NCBI GenBank assembly: GCA_026002975.1
Contig: BPGJ01000005.1
Location: forward strand, 74,693-138,692
Source of the DNA: Acidimicrobiia bacterium
Lineage (GTDB): Bacteria; Actinomycetota; Acidimicrobiia; Spongiisociales; ZC4RG35
Length of the DNA stretch: 64,000 nt
Reading direction: 5' to 3'
Both the position numbers and the translations under genes were made by a program. Within the stretch, counting starts at the first letter, position 1, and the number at the start of each line of letters is the position of its first letter. The notes below the pieces were generated by a model. That model did not search any database and was not told the DNA's origin. It saw nothing but the letters and a program-made list of their open reading frames with translations. Below are positions 48,871 through 58,730 of the stretch, piece after piece.

Positions 48871-49229
48871 GATCCGAATCGGGACCGCTCCACCACGAAC
48901 CGGTCGTGAGTCCCCCGACCGATCACCCTTCCACCCGAAGTCGCTTCCACCTCGAAGTGGAGCCGCCGCCGATCGACTTCGGCGAGCCGACACCGGAACT
49001 CGACTTCTTCAGCTTCCCGGGCTGCGGCTTCGTGGGTCACGTTCACCGCCACCCCCACCGTGGTCTGATCGTCGCCCAGGTGGGGTGCGGCCGCTTCCAG
49101 GCAGACCGTCTCCATCAGCTCGATCATCTTGGGGGTGGAGAGGACCACGGTGGGCAGCAAGTGGGGTGGGGTCATGTCCGCGGTAACCGTGCGGCGTATC
49201 ACGTGTTCGATTCCGACCGGCACGCTCAT
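48867..49229 (-). CDS. hotdog-fold thioesterase (FlK-like)
   Basis: 120 aa; 'VLSTPKMIELMETVC...TTVGVAVNVTHEAAA...GRGTHDRFVV'. Confidence 0.7.
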   Translation of the reverse strand: MSVPVGIEHVIRRTVTADMTPPHLLPTVVLSTPKMIELMETVCLEAAAPHLGDDQTTVGVAVNVTHEAAAREAEEVEFRCRLAEVDRRRLHFEVEATSGGRVIGRGTHDRFVVERSRFGS

Positions 49230-49241
49230 GGGAACGGGATG

Positions 49242-49829
49242 CTAGAGGCGGTCGGCGGCGATCCCGTCGAGGGAGAAGCGGAGGATCTCCTCCACCAGCC
49301 GGCTGCGGTCGACGGGGCCGTCCTCCCGGTACCAACGTTCGAGCGCGTTGAGGATCGACAGCAGGAAGATGCCCGCGAGCTTGGGATCGGTGTCCGGCCG
49401 GATGCTTCCCTCGGCGATCCCCTCCTTGATGACCGACCTGAAGGCCTGCTCGTAACGGTCGCGGGCCTCGACCACCCGTCGTCTGTGCTCGTCGTCGAGG
49501 GCCCAGGCCTCGTACAAGTAGGTTCGTACCTCGTCGTGGTGGTCCACCACCACGTCGACGTGTCCGGCCACCAGGGCTCTCAAACGGTCGATGGCGTCAC
49601 CCTCGGTCTCCATGGCGCGCTCCACCACCTCACCGAAGAAGGCGGCTCCCCTCCGCACCACCTCGACCAGCAGGTCCTGTTTCGATCCGACGTGGGAGTA
49701 CAGGGAGGATCCCATCAGACCCAGCTCCCGGCCCAGGTCCCGCATCGAGGTGCCGTGGTATCCACGCTGGGCGAACAGGCGGGCCGCGGCCCTCACCACG
49801 TCGTCCAGGGTGTTCCTCCCCGCGCTCAT
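49242..49829 (-). CDS. TetR-family transcriptional regulator (PaaR-like by context)
   Basis: 195 aa; HTH 'GYHGTSMRDLGRELGLMGSSLYSHVGSKQDLL'. ATGA-coupled to paaE. Confidence 0.85.
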   Translation of the reverse strand: MSAGRNTLDDVVRAAARLFAQRGYHGTSMRDLGRELGLMGSSLYSHVGSKQDLLVEVVRRGAAFFGEVVERAMETEGDAIDRLRALVAGHVDVVVDHHDEVRTYLYEAWALDDEHRRRVVEARDRYEQAFRSVIKEGIAEGSIRPDTDPKLAGIFLLSILNALERWYREDGPVDRSRLVEEILRFSLDGIAADRL

Positions 49830-50893
49830 CCTCGGCCCCCGGTCACGTCGTAGTCGACCACGACCTGTTCGGTCAGCGGTTTGGCCTGGCAGGTGAGGAT
49901 GAACCCGGCGGCCAGCTCCTCCTCCACCAGGGCGTAGTTCCGGTCCATGTCGACCTCGCCTTCCACCAGCCGGGCCTTACAGGTGGCGCACATTCCTCCT
50001 TTGCAGGAAAACGGGAGCTCCCGGCGGACCCGCAAGGCGGCGTCGAGGATGTGCTCTTCCGGGTGCATCTTCACCTCGGAGGTCCGGCCGTCCAGGGTGA
50101 ATCGGACGGTGATAGGCCCCTCTTCCTCCCGAGGAGGCGCCGGAAGCTCGACCGGCCCCGCGAAGAACAGCTCGTCGTGGATCCGGCTCGGGTCGATCCC
50201 CCGGGCGGTGATCACCTTTCGAGCCGTCTGGACGAGGCCGTACGGCCCGCACAGGAACCATTCGTCGGTCGGGGGGATCAGCAGGTCGAGGAATCGGTGG
50301 AGCTTCTCCTCGTCGATCCGTCCCGCCAACAGCGGAATCTCGGGTCGTTCCCGGCTGAGGACGTGGAATATCTGGAGCCGGTCGCAGTAGCGGTCCTTGA
50401 GGCCTTCCAGCTCCTCCAGGAACATGATCGACGAGACCGATCGGTTGCCGAACACCAGGGTCCAGCTGCTGTTCGGTTCCGACTCGAGGGTGGTGGAGAT
50501 GAGCGACAGAACCGGTGTGATCCCGGAGCCGGCGGCTATGGCACAGTAGTGGGCGGCCCGGGAAGGATCGGGTCGGATCACGAACTCGCCCACCGGCGGC
50601 ATCACATCGAGCAGGTCGCCGGGACGCAGCTGGGTCGTGGCCCAGGTCGAGAACTTGCCGCCCGGCAGCCGTTTGATCCCGATCCGGAGCTTCCCCGAGT
50701 TGGCGTTGGCGCAGATCGAATAGGAGCGCCGCACGTCCTCCCCGTCGATGAATGCCCTGACGGTGACGTGCTGGCCCGGCAGGTAGGAGAAGGTCTCGGC
50801 GAGGTCGTCGGGGACGTCGAAGGTGACCGCCACCGACTCGTCGGTCAGAGGGGTCACCTCGACCACCCGAAGAGGATGGAACTGCAGGCTCAT
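49826..50893 (-). CDS. paaE: phenylacetyl-CoA 1,2-epoxidase reductase subunit
   Basis: 355 aa; FAD 'RSYSI', NAD 'AAGSGITP', plant-type 2Fe-2S 'CKGGMCATCKARL...C'. Confidence 0.88.
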   Translation of the reverse strand: MSLQFHPLRVVEVTPLTDESVAVTFDVPDDLAETFSYLPGQHVTVRAFIDGEDVRRSYSICANANSGKLRIGIKRLPGGKFSTWATTQLRPGDLLDVMPPVGEFVIRPDPSRAAHYCAIAAGSGITPVLSLISTTLESEPNSSWTLVFGNRSVSSIMFLEELEGLKDRYCDRLQIFHVLSRERPEIPLLAGRIDEEKLHRFLDLLIPPTDEWFLCGPYGLVQTARKVITARGIDPSRIHDELFFAGPVELPAPPREEEGPITVRFTLDGRTSEVKMHPEEHILDAALRVRRELPFSCKGGMCATCKARLVEGEVDMDRNYALVEEELAAGFILTCQAKPLTEQVVVDYDVTGGRG

Positions 50894-51339
50894 ATCGGCT
50901 TGAACCAGTCGAACGGCTCACCGCAGGAGCTGCACACCATGAGGGCCTTGCACGCGGTGGATCCGAACTCCGACACCGTGCGGGGCTGCCCGGACCTGCA
51001 GCGGGGACATGTGACCTGGGCGCGATCGACCGGAGGGGCGATACCCACCGATTCGAGCCGCCGCCGAGCGTGTTCGTCGATCCAGTCGGTGGTCCAGGCG
51101 GGGGAGTACACCGTTTCCACCTCTCCAGCGACACCGAGTTCGACGAAGGTTCGGCGGATCTCCTCTCTGATCGCATCGAGGGCCGGGCATCCCGAATAGG
51201 TGGGGGTGATCTTCACCACCACCTTGCCGTCCCGTTCCTCGACCCCCCGGAGGATCCCCAGTTCGTCGATGGTCACCGCCGGGATCTCCGGGTCGGGGAT
51301 CCGGGCCACTGCTTCGCGAACCTGCTCGACGGTCACCAT
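50890..51339 (-). CDS. paaD: phenylacetyl-CoA epoxidase subunit PaaD (PaaJ)
   Basis: 149 aa from ATG 51339; 'IPDPEIPAVTIDELGIL', Cys cluster 'CPRC...CSSCGEPF'. Confidence 0.85.
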   Translation of the reverse strand: MVTVEQVREAVARIPDPEIPAVTIDELGILRGVEERDGKVVVKITPTYSGCPALDAIREEIRRTFVELGVAGEVETVYSPAWTTDWIDEHARRRLESVGIAPPVDRAQVTCPRCRSGQPRTVSEFGSTACKALMVCSSCGEPFDWFKPI

Positions 51340-52136
51340 TCCAACCCCGGGTAGGTTCGGGCCATCCACTGCATCTCGGCGAGGAGGTGGCCCAAATGTT
51401 CGGTGTGGAAGCCCTGGCGGCCGCCCACCCGCCGGTACGGGTCGGTTGGGATCACCAGACCGGCTTCCTGGAGGACCGGGGTCACCCGCGCGAGCCAAGG
51501 CTCCTCCAGCTCCGACGGATCGACTCCGTATCCTTCCCCCGCGGCGGCACGGTCGACGTCGTCGGCCATGAACGGTTCGGTGGTGAACCTCCATAGCTCG
51601 TCGATCGCCCGTTGCATCCGGTGATGGCTCTCCTCGGTTCCGTCGCCCAGCCGGATCACCCAGGTCGACGAGTGTCGGAAGTGGTAGCGGGCCTCCTTCC
51701 AGGCCTTGGCGGCGATGCCCGCCAAGGTCGGGTCGTTGGAAGAGGCCAGACGCTCCCACAGCTCCAGCTGATACGCATCGATGAAGAGCTGGCGGGCCAT
51801 GGTGTGGGCGAAATCCTCGTTGGGCTGCTCGCACAGCAGCAGGTTGGTGAACTGACGCTCGGTGCGGGTCATCGCCAGGTCGTCCTCGCTGCGGCCCCGA
51901 CCTTCGAGCTCCCCTGCGTAGGTGAGGAGAGCTCTCGCCTGACCGAGATGGTCGAGGGCGATGTTGGCCAATGCGATGTCCTCCTCCAGCTCCGGGGCCC
52001 GGGAGATCCACTCTCCGAGCCGTTGGGCCAACACCAGGTTGTCGTCGCCGTGGCGTAGCACATAGAGGAACCGGGTTTCACCATCGATTCCGGGGAGGGC
52101 ACCCTGGGGAGGGCCGGAAACCACCATCTCGCCCAT
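51333..52136 (-). CDS. paaC: phenylacetyl-CoA epoxidase subunit PaaC
   Basis: 267 aa from ATG 52136 (TGATG junction); 'LRHGDDNLVLAQRLGEWISRAPELEEDIALANIALD'. Confidence 0.85.
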   Translation of the reverse strand: MGEMVVSGPPQGALPGIDGETRFLYVLRHGDDNLVLAQRLGEWISRAPELEEDIALANIALDHLGQARALLTYAGELEGRGRSEDDLAMTRTERQFTNLLLCEQPNEDFAHTMARQLFIDAYQLELWERLASSNDPTLAGIAAKAWKEARYHFRHSSTWVIRLGDGTEESHHRMQRAIDELWRFTTEPFMADDVDRAAAGEGYGVDPSELEEPWLARVTPVLQEAGLVIPTDPYRRVGGRQGFHTEHLGHLLAEMQWMARTYPGLEW

Positions 52137-52474
52137 CACATCTGACCTACCTCGTCGGGGATCCGGTAGTAGGTGGCTTGCCGATACGGTTTGGCGGCGG
52201 CTTCGAAAAAGGCGTCTGCTTCGTCGGGATCGGACGCCACCACCTGGTCGGACCGCACCACCCAGATCGAAATGCCCTCGACTCGCCGGGTGTACACGTC
52301 CCGGGCCATCTGTAGGGCGGTGTCGGCGTCGGGAGCGTGCAGACTGCCGGCGTGGACGTGGGAGAGCCCCCGCTTCTGGCGGACGAACACCTCCCACATC
52401 GGCCACTGCGACCGGCCGTCTTGCCGGTAGTCGAGGTCCTTCTCGTCGGCGGTGCGGGGAACCTCGTAGGTCAT
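52136..52474 (-). CDS. paaB: phenylacetyl-CoA epoxidase subunit PaaB
   Basis: 112 aa; '[41 protein letters not shown]'. Confidence 0.88.
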   Translation of the reverse strand: MTYEVPRTADEKDLDYRQDGRSQWPMWEVFVRQKRGLSHVHAGSLHAPDADTALQMARDVYTRRVEGISIWVVRSDQVVASDPDEADAFFEAAAKPYRQATYYRIPDEVGQM

Positions 52475-53397
52475 GCCGCCTCCTTCCGATGCTTGGCGGC
52501 GTACGCCGCGGCAGCCTCCCGCACCCAGGCGCCCTCCTCCCAGGCCCGGACCTTGTGGGCGAGCCGGTCGCGGCTCTCGGGCCCGAACCCTTTGACCACT
52601 CGCCAGAACTCGTCCCAGTCGATCTCCCCGAAGTCGTAGTGGCCCCGCTCGGGGTTCCACTTCAGCTCGGGGTCGGGGATGGTCAGCCCCAGATACTCGG
52701 CTTGAGGGACGGTCATGTCCACGAACTGTTGGCGGAGGTCGTCGTTGGAGACCCGCTTGATCTTCCAGGCCATCGACTGCTGGGTGTGGGTGGAGTCGGT
52801 GTCGTGGGGGCCGAACATCATCAGGGCCGGCCACCACCATCGGTTGAGGGCGTCCTGGGCCATCTGCTTCTGTTCGGGTGTGCCCCGGCACAGGGTGAGC
52901 ATGATCTCGAATCCCTGACGCTGGTGGAACGACTCCTCCCGGCAGATCCTCACCATGGCTCTGGCGTATGGCCCGTAGGAGCATCGGGTCAGCATCACCT
53001 GGTTGGTGATCGCCGCTCCGTCCACCAGCCAGCCGATGGCTCCGATGTCGGCCCAGGTCAGGGTGGGGTAGTTGAAGATCGACGAGTACTTGTGCCGTCC
53101 GGAGTGGAGGTGTTCCACCAGCTCGTCGCGTCCCACCCCGAGCGTCTCGGCGGCCGAGTACAGGTAGAGGCCGTGGCCCGCTTCGTCTTGGACCTTGGCC
53201 ATGAGGATCGCCTTGCGACGCAGGGTGGGGGCGCGGGTGATCCAGTTGCCCTCCGGCTGCATCCCGATGATCTCCGAATGGGCGTGCTGGGCGATCTGGC
53301 GGATCAGGGTCTTGCGATAACCCTCCGGCATCCAGTCGGTGGGTTCCACCTTCTCGTCTGAAGCGATCAACTGCTCGAATCGTTCCTGTCCGGTCAT
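52471..53397 (-). CDS. paaA: phenylacetyl-CoA epoxidase catalytic subunit PaaA
   Basis: 'MTGQERFEQ...[20 protein letters not shown]...DEAGHGLY...EESFHQRQG'. ATG 53397 matches the usual PaaA N-terminus and makes an ATGA overlap with malQ. In-frame ATGs at 53409 and 53427 are alternatives. Confidence 0.9.
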   Translation of the reverse strand: MTGQERFEQLIASDEKVEPTDWMPEGYRKTLIRQIAQHAHSEIIGMQPEGNWITRAPTLRRKAILMAKVQDEAGHGLYLYSAAETLGVGRDELVEHLHSGRHKYSSIFNYPTLTWADIGAIGWLVDGAAITNQVMLTRCSYGPYARAMVRICREESFHQRQGFEIMLTLCRGTPEQKQMAQDALNRWWWPALMMFGPHDTDSTHTQQSMAWKIKRVSNDDLRQQFVDMTVPQAEYLGLTIPDPELKWNPERGHYDFGEIDWDEFWRVVKGFGPESRDRLAHKVRAWEEGAWVREAAAAYAAKHRKEAA

Positions 53398-54917
53398 TCC
53401 GATTCCCATCTCTCTGCTCGGCGCCATCGCAATTTAGCAAACGAACGTTCGTTTGTAAACCCGGGTGGGATGCGTCCGGTGAGCTCGGTCAGCCTGAGGA
53501 GACGGCGACGTTCCCGGGCGGCGGGGCTACGTGACCGGACCCGCCAGGTCCAGTTCCCGCCGACCGTCCCCGGAGTGTTCATCCGGGCCTCCGAACCGGC
53601 GCCCACCAGGTCCTGGAGGGGAAGGATCGAGGTGATCCCCTTCGACTCCATGGAGACACGGATCAGTTCCCAGCGGACGTCGCCTCCGCCGAGGCCGAGG
53701 GATCGTTCGGCCAGACGCCGCTCCCGGTCGGTGAGCGAGGTCCACCATCCGATCAGGGTGTCGTTGTCGTGGGTACCCGTGTAGGAGAACACGTCGGGCG
53801 GGTGGTTGGCGGGATGGTGCTCGGAGTTTGGGTCGATGCCGAACTGGAGCACCCTCATCCCCGGAATCCCCAGCCGCCGGCGTAGCTCGACCACGTCCCC
53901 GGTGATCTCCCCGAGATCCTCGGCCAGGAAGGGCAGCCGCCCCAGGTCTCGGCGGATGGCGTCGAAGAAGGCTTCCCCGGGGCCCGGGACCCAGCGACCC
54001 TCCTCGGCGGTGGAGTGGCCGGCGGGCACCGCCCAGAACGCCACCAGGCCTCGGAAGTGGTCGATCCTCAAGAGGTCGAAGTAGCCGGCGAGACGACCCA
54101 CCCGGCGTCTCCACCACAGAAAGCCCTCCTCCAGGTGGCGATCCCAGCGGTAGGTCGGGTTCCCCCAGAGCTGGCCGCTCCGCGAGAAGTAGTCGGGTGG
54201 GACACCGGCGACGTGTCGAGGTCTCAGATCCCGGTCCAGGTCGAAGAGGTGGGGATGGGTCCACGTGTCGGCCGAATCCAGGGCCACGTACAAAGGCAGG
54301 TCGCCGATCAGCCGGACGCCCAGGCGGGTGCAGAACTCCCGCAGGCGGCGGAACTGGAGGTCGAACAGGAACTGGGCGCTCTCGATCGGGATGATCGATT
54401 CGGCCAGTCGTCGACGGGCCGAGGCGAGCGCCGAACGGCGACGCCGGACCAGATCCCGGTCCCAGTCCCACCACGGGCGTCCACCGTGCGCATCCTTCAA
54501 CGCGGTGTACAGGGCGAAGTCGGGGAGCCAATCCCGGTTCTCTTCCCGAAACCGGTCGAGGGCCTCACTCGTGGCGACCGCCTCGACCGCTTCCGCCAAC
54601 ACCGACCGCTTCCACCGCCTCACCCGGTCGTAGTCCACCCGGGTGGCGGGGAAGCGGGGCGGGTCTTGGGAACGGACCAAACCCTCGGCGGCCAGATCCT
54701 CGGGCGAGATGAGCAAGGTCTCACCGGCGAAGGCGGAGGGCGAGGAGTAGGGGGAGTTGCCGTGACCCACGGGCCCGACGGGGAGCATCTGCCACCAGGT
54801 CTGGCCCAGGTCGCTCAGCATGACGGCGAACCGCCTGGCCGACGGTCCCAGGTCGCCCACCCCGAAAGGCCCCGCCAGCGAGGTCAGATGAGCCAGGACG
54901 CCGCTCGACCGAAACAT
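53394..54917 (-). CDS. malQ: 4-alpha-glucanotransferase (GH77)
   Basis: 507 aa; '[18 protein letters not shown]', 'RIDHFRGL', 'AEDLG', 'YTGTHDNDT'. The C-terminal roughly 25 aa are translated from the paa promoter region. Confidence 0.9.
   Translation of the reverse strand: MFRSSGVLAHLTSLAGPFGVGDLGPSARRFAVMLSDLGQTWWQMLPVGPVGHGNSPYSSPSAFAGETLLISPEDLAAEGLVRSQDPPRFPATRVDYDRVRRWKRSVLAEAVEAVATSEALDRFREENRDWLPDFALYTALKDAHGGRPWWDWDRDLVRRRRSALASARRRLAESIIPIESAQFLFDLQFRRLREFCTRLGVRLIGDLPLYVALDSADTWTHPHLFDLDRDLRPRHVAGVPPDYFSRSGQLWGNPTYRWDRHLEEGFLWWRRRVGRLAGYFDLLRIDHFRGLVAFWAVPAGHSTAEEGRWVPGPGEAFFDAIRRDLGRLPFLAEDLGEITGDVVELRRRLGIPGMRVLQFGIDPNSEHHPANHPPDVFSYTGTHDNDTLIGWWTSLTDRERRLAERSLGLGGGDVRWELIRVSMESKGITSILPLQDLVGAGSEARMNTPGTVGGNWTWRVRSRSPAARERRRLLRLTELTGRIPPGFTNERSFAKLRWRRAERWESE
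53431..53459 (-). promoter_or_regulatory. sigma-70-like promoter TTTACA-N17-TAAATT with an 18-bp perfect palindrome (CAAACGAACGTTCGTTTG, 53438-53455) in the spacer
   Basis: Read on the minus strand: -35 at 53459-53454, -10 at 53436-53431, exactly 17-nt spacer. The only AT-rich island in the area, 30-60 nt upstream of the paaA start candidates. Confidence 0.6.
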
Positions 54918-55860
54918 GCCCGGGGATGCTGGCAGACTTGGCAGGATGGCCGAGGATCTGGTGGGTGTCCAGCGTGAGCTGTTCGCCCGCTACGAGACGG
55001 GCGACTACCGGGGGGCCCTGGCCTTGGTCGAAGACCGGGCTGCACGTCTCGACCTCCTCTGGACCAGGGTTGCCTGGTGGAGGGCGTGCCTCCTCGCCAA
55101 GCTGGGACGAATCGACCAGGCGCTCGACGTCCTGGAGGCCGCCCTGGACGCGGGGGCTTGGTGGTCGCCTTCCACCCTCCGCCGGGAACCCGATTTCTCG
55201 GCGCTAGTCGACCATCCCCGGTTCCTGCGTCTGGTGGAGGAGTGCTCACGCCGTCGGGACGCCTACCGACCGAGCCTTCCCGGACTGTACGTTTCGCCCG
55301 GGGACGGGGCCGGTGTGGTGGTCGCCCTGCACGGCCGGGCCGAGATCGTCGAGGCCACCGTGGGTTACTGGGAGCCGCCCGTTCGTAGGGCCGGGTGGGA
55401 GCTGATGGTGCCCGAATCGACCCAACGGGACTCCGTCGACGGTCCCTGCTGGGACGACCCGATCGCGGCCCGCCGACAGATCGAGGCCCAACTGGCCCCC
55501 ATTCGGCATCGACGCCGGGTGATAGGCGGGTACTCGCAGGGTGGGCGCCGAGCCATCCAGCTCGGCTTGGCCTCGGGGCGGTTCGAGTTGGTCGTGGCGG
55601 TCAGCCCCGCGCTGATCCGGCCCGACGACATTGCCGAGGTGCTCGGTTCGGTGGGGGACGGGCCCCAGCCCCGGATCGTGGTGTGGACCGGTGATGGCGA
55701 CCCGGCCCTTCCCGGTCAGGAGGTGGTGGTCGAGGCTCTCCGGTCGGAGGGCATCGACGTGGAGTTGGAGGTCCTCCCGGGGGTGGGACACTACTACCCG
55801 CCCGACTTCGGGTCACGCCTCACCCGGCTTCTCGAACGGTCGGGACGATCCAGCCATTAG
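54916..55860 (+). CDS. alpha/beta hydrolase with N-terminal helical (TPR-like) region
   Basis: Nucleophile elbow 'GGYSQGG'; 'GDGD' and 'GVGHYY' near the C-terminus. Start uncertain (ATG 54916 or 54946). Confidence 0.6.
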   Translation: MPGDAGRLGRMAEDLVGVQRELFARYETGDYRGALALVEDRAARLDLLWTRVAWWRACLLAKLGRIDQALDVLEAALDAGAWWSPSTLRREPDFSALVDHPRFLRLVEECSRRRDAYRPSLPGLYVSPGDGAGVVVALHGRAEIVEATVGYWEPPVRRAGWELMVPESTQRDSVDGPCWDDPIAARRQIEAQLAPIRHRRRVIGGYSQGGRRAIQLGLASGRFELVVAVSPALIRPDDIAEVLGSVGDGPQPRIVVWTGDGDPALPGQEVVVEALRSEGIDVELEVLPGVGHYYPPDFGSRLTRLLERSGRSSH

Positions 55861-55875
55861 CCTTCGATCCCACCC

Positions 55876-58311
55876 ATGGCTAGTTCCTACGACCACGAGG
55901 CCGTCGAGAAGAAGTGGCAGGACCGCTGGGAAGCGGAGAAGACCTTCTACGCCACCGAGGATCCGACCCGACCCAAGTTCTACAACCTGCAGATGTACCC
56001 GTACCCGTCGGGGGACCTCCACATGGGGCATCTCCGCAACTACAGCTACGTGGATCTCCTCACCCGTTACCGGCGGATGCAGGGCTACAACGTCCTGTCC
56101 CCCATGGGATGGGACTCCTTCGGACTGCCGGCGGAGAACGCCGCCATCCAAACCGGCATCCACCCGCGGGTCTTCACCGAACGGCAGATCGAGAGGATGA
56201 AAGCCCAGCTTAGCCGGCTGGGGGCGGTCTACGACTGGAGTCGGGAGATCGCCTCCCACACCCCCGAGTACTACCGCTGGGACCAGTGGCTGTTCCTCAA
56301 GCTGTACGAGAGGGGTTTGGCGTATCGACGGATGGCCCCGGTCAACTGGTGCCCCCAGGACCAGACCGTGCTCGCCAACGAACAGGTGGTGGACGGCGCA
56401 TGTGAGCGGTGTGGTTCGCCGGTGGTTCGACGCGACCTCGAGCAGTGGTTCTTCAAGATCACCGACTACGCCCAGAGGCTCCTCGACGACCTGGAACGAC
56501 TGGAGGAATGGCCCGAGAGGGTGCGGGTCATGCAGCGCAACTGGATCGGCCGTTCCGAGGGGGCGACCTTCACCATGCAGGTCGAGGGAACCGACCTGAG
56601 CTTCGACGTTTTCACCACCCGCCCGGACACCATCTTCGGGATGACGTTCGCGGTCCTGGCACCCGAACACCCCCTGGTCGAGACGCTGGTGGCCGGGACC
56701 TCCTTCGAGGGAGAGGTCCTGGACTACGTGGAGAAGGCGAAGAACGCCACCGAGCTGGAACGGATGGCGGAGGGGGAGAAGTCGGGAGTTTTCACCGGCC
56801 GTTACGCGATCAATCCGGTGAACGGCGAGAGGGTGCCCATCTGGGTCGCGGACTACGTGCTGATGGGGTACGGCACCGGTGCCATCATGGCGGTGCCGGG
56901 CGAGGACCAGAGGGACTGGGACTTCGCCGAGAAGTACGGGCTGGGGATCGTTCCCACCGTCGAGCGGCCCGATGGATGGGAAGGAAAGGCGTACGACGGG
57001 CCGGGCCGAAAGATCAACTCGGGTTTCCTCGACGGGTTGGAGGTCGACGAGGCGATCGAACGGATCATCGGTTGGCTCGAAGAGAAGGGCGTCGGCAGAC
57101 GCACGGTGACCTACCGTCTCCGGGACTGGCTCATCTCCCGGCAGAGGTACTGGGGTTGCCCCATCCCGATGATCGAATGTCCCGAATGCGGATGGGTGCC
57201 GGTTCCCGAGGACGACCTGCCGGTCATCCACCCCGACGTCGAGGACTACGCCCCCAAGGGTCGGTCGCCGCTGGCCGGCGTCCCCGAGTTCGTCGAGACC
57301 GCGTGTCCCCGGTGCGGGGGTGCCGCCCGTCGGGAGACCGACACCATGGACACCTTCGTGGACTCGTCCTGGTACTTCCTCAGGTTCTGCGACCCCCACA
57401 ACGACCAGGCCATCTTCGATCCCGACAAGGTGGCCTATTGGATGCCGGTCGACCAGTACATAGGAGGCGTGGAGCATGCCGTCCTCCACCTCATGTACGC
57501 CAGGTTCGTCACCAAGGTGCTCCACGACATGGGGTTGGTCCCGGTCGACGAACCGTTCACTCGCCTGTTCACCCAGGGCATGCTGATCAAAGACGGCGCC
57601 AAGATGTCCAAGTCGAAGGGCAACGTGGTGGCGCCCGACCCCTACTACGAGAAGTACGGAGCCGACGCGATCCGCCTCTACGAGCTGTTCATCGGCCCGC
57701 CGACCGACGATGCCGTCTGGTCGGACGCCGGGATCGAAGGGCCCTCCAGATTCCTCGATCGCGTCTGGCGGATGGGCACCGAAGCCGTCCTCGAGGACCG
57801 GGAGGAGACCCCGGCGGACCGCGAGATGCTCGCCGAGGCTCACCGGACGCTGAGGAAGGTGACCGACGACTTCGACCGCTTCTCCTTCAACACCGCGGTC
57901 GCCGCCCTGATGAGCCTGGCCAACCGTCTCGGTGACTATGTGAGGGACGGCGGCAGGCGAGAGACCTTCGACCAGGTGTTCCGCCTCATGCTGATCATGT
58001 TGGCTCCCATGGCTCCTCACATCGCCCACGAGCTGTGGGAGCGCCGTGGTTACGGCTCGATGCTGGCCGACGAGCCGTGGCCGGCCTGGGACCCCGAATT
58101 GGTGGAGCGCAGGGTGGTCACCATGGTCGTCCAGGTGAACGGCAAGGTTCGTGACCGTATCGAAGTCCCGGCCGACATCACCGCCGAGGAGGCCGAGCGG
58201 CGGGCACTCGAATCTCCCCGTGTCAGGCGGTGGACCGAATCCGGGGCGGTCCGGCGGGTGGTGGTCCGGCCACCACGGTTGGTGAACCTGGTGGTCGCCG
58301 ACAGCAGGTGA
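55876..58311 (+). CDS. leuS: leucine--tRNA ligase
   Basis: 811 aa; 'PYPSGDLHMGHLRNY', 'KMSKSKGN', editing (CP1) domain in between. Confidence 0.96.
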   Translation: MASSYDHEAVEKKWQDRWEAEKTFYATEDPTRPKFYNLQMYPYPSGDLHMGHLRNYSYVDLLTRYRRMQGYNVLSPMGWDSFGLPAENAAIQTGIHPRVFTERQIERMKAQLSRLGAVYDWSREIASHTPEYYRWDQWLFLKLYERGLAYRRMAPVNWCPQDQTVLANEQVVDGACERCGSPVVRRDLEQWFFKITDYAQRLLDDLERLEEWPERVRVMQRNWIGRSEGATFTMQVEGTDLSFDVFTTRPDTIFGMTFAVLAPEHPLVETLVAGTSFEGEVLDYVEKAKNATELERMAEGEKSGVFTGRYAINPVNGERVPIWVADYVLMGYGTGAIMAVPGEDQRDWDFAEKYGLGIVPTVERPDGWEGKAYDGPGRKINSGFLDGLEVDEAIERIIGWLEEKGVGRRTVTYRLRDWLISRQRYWGCPIPMIECPECGWVPVPEDDLPVIHPDVEDYAPKGRSPLAGVPEFVETACPRCGGAARRETDTMDTFVDSSWYFLRFCDPHNDQAIFDPDKVAYWMPVDQYIGGVEHAVLHLMYARFVTKVLHDMGLVPVDEPFTRLFTQGMLIKDGAKMSKSKGNVVAPDPYYEKYGADAIRLYELFIGPPTDDAVWSDAGIEGPSRFLDRVWRMGTEAVLEDREETPADREMLAEAHRTLRKVTDDFDRFSFNTAVAALMSLANRLGDYVRDGGRRETFDQVFRLMLIMLAPMAPHIAHELWERRGYGSMLADEPWPAWDPELVERRVVTMVVQVNGKVRDRIEVPADITAEEAERRALESPRVRRWTESGAVRRVVVRPPRLVNLVVADSR

Positions 58312-58718
58312 GCGTCCGGGTCGGGGCGGTCCTCGCATCCGCCGGGGTGGATGCCGGGTTGGTGCGTTCGATGTGCGGTGTCGACCCGGACGACCGCATC
58401 CGGATCGTTCCCGCACCACGCTGGCTCCGACTCCTGTGGCGGGGACGGTTCGCGGCGATGGCCCTGGGGGGCAGGATCCTGGTCCGACCCGACGTCCTCG
58501 GTTCCGCCACGCTGGGGGAGTTGCTCGTTCACGAGCTGGTGCACGTCGGTCAGTGGCGGAGAATGGGCTTCGTCCGGTTCCTGGCCGCATATCTCCGGTC
58601 CTACCTGGGTTTCAGGGTGCGGGGCTTGGCTCACCTCGAGGCGTATCGACGCATACCCCTGGAAGTGGAGGCCCGGGAGACGGCCAGGCTCATCCTCGAC
58701 CGGTCACGCCATCCGTAG
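58308..58718 (+). CDS. small HEXXH protein (DUF4157-like putative metallopeptidase domain)
   Basis: 136 aa from GTG 58308 (GTGA overlap with leuS); 'AAMALGGRILVRPDVL...GELLVHELVHVGQW'. Confidence 0.6.
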   Translation: MSVRVGAVLASAGVDAGLVRSMCGVDPDDRIRIVPAPRWLRLLWRGRFAAMALGGRILVRPDVLGSATLGELLVHELVHVGQWRRMGFVRFLAAYLRSYLGFRVRGLAHLEAYRRIPLEVEARETARLILDRSRHP

Positions 58719-58730
58719 ACTGTCCCGACC

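Noticed and set aside
58719-58730. yybP-ykoY (Mn2+) riboswitch, often found upstream of TerC-family genes
   Set aside because: Only 12 nt separate the upstream ORF and the terC ATG, so there is no room for a riboswitch aptamer.
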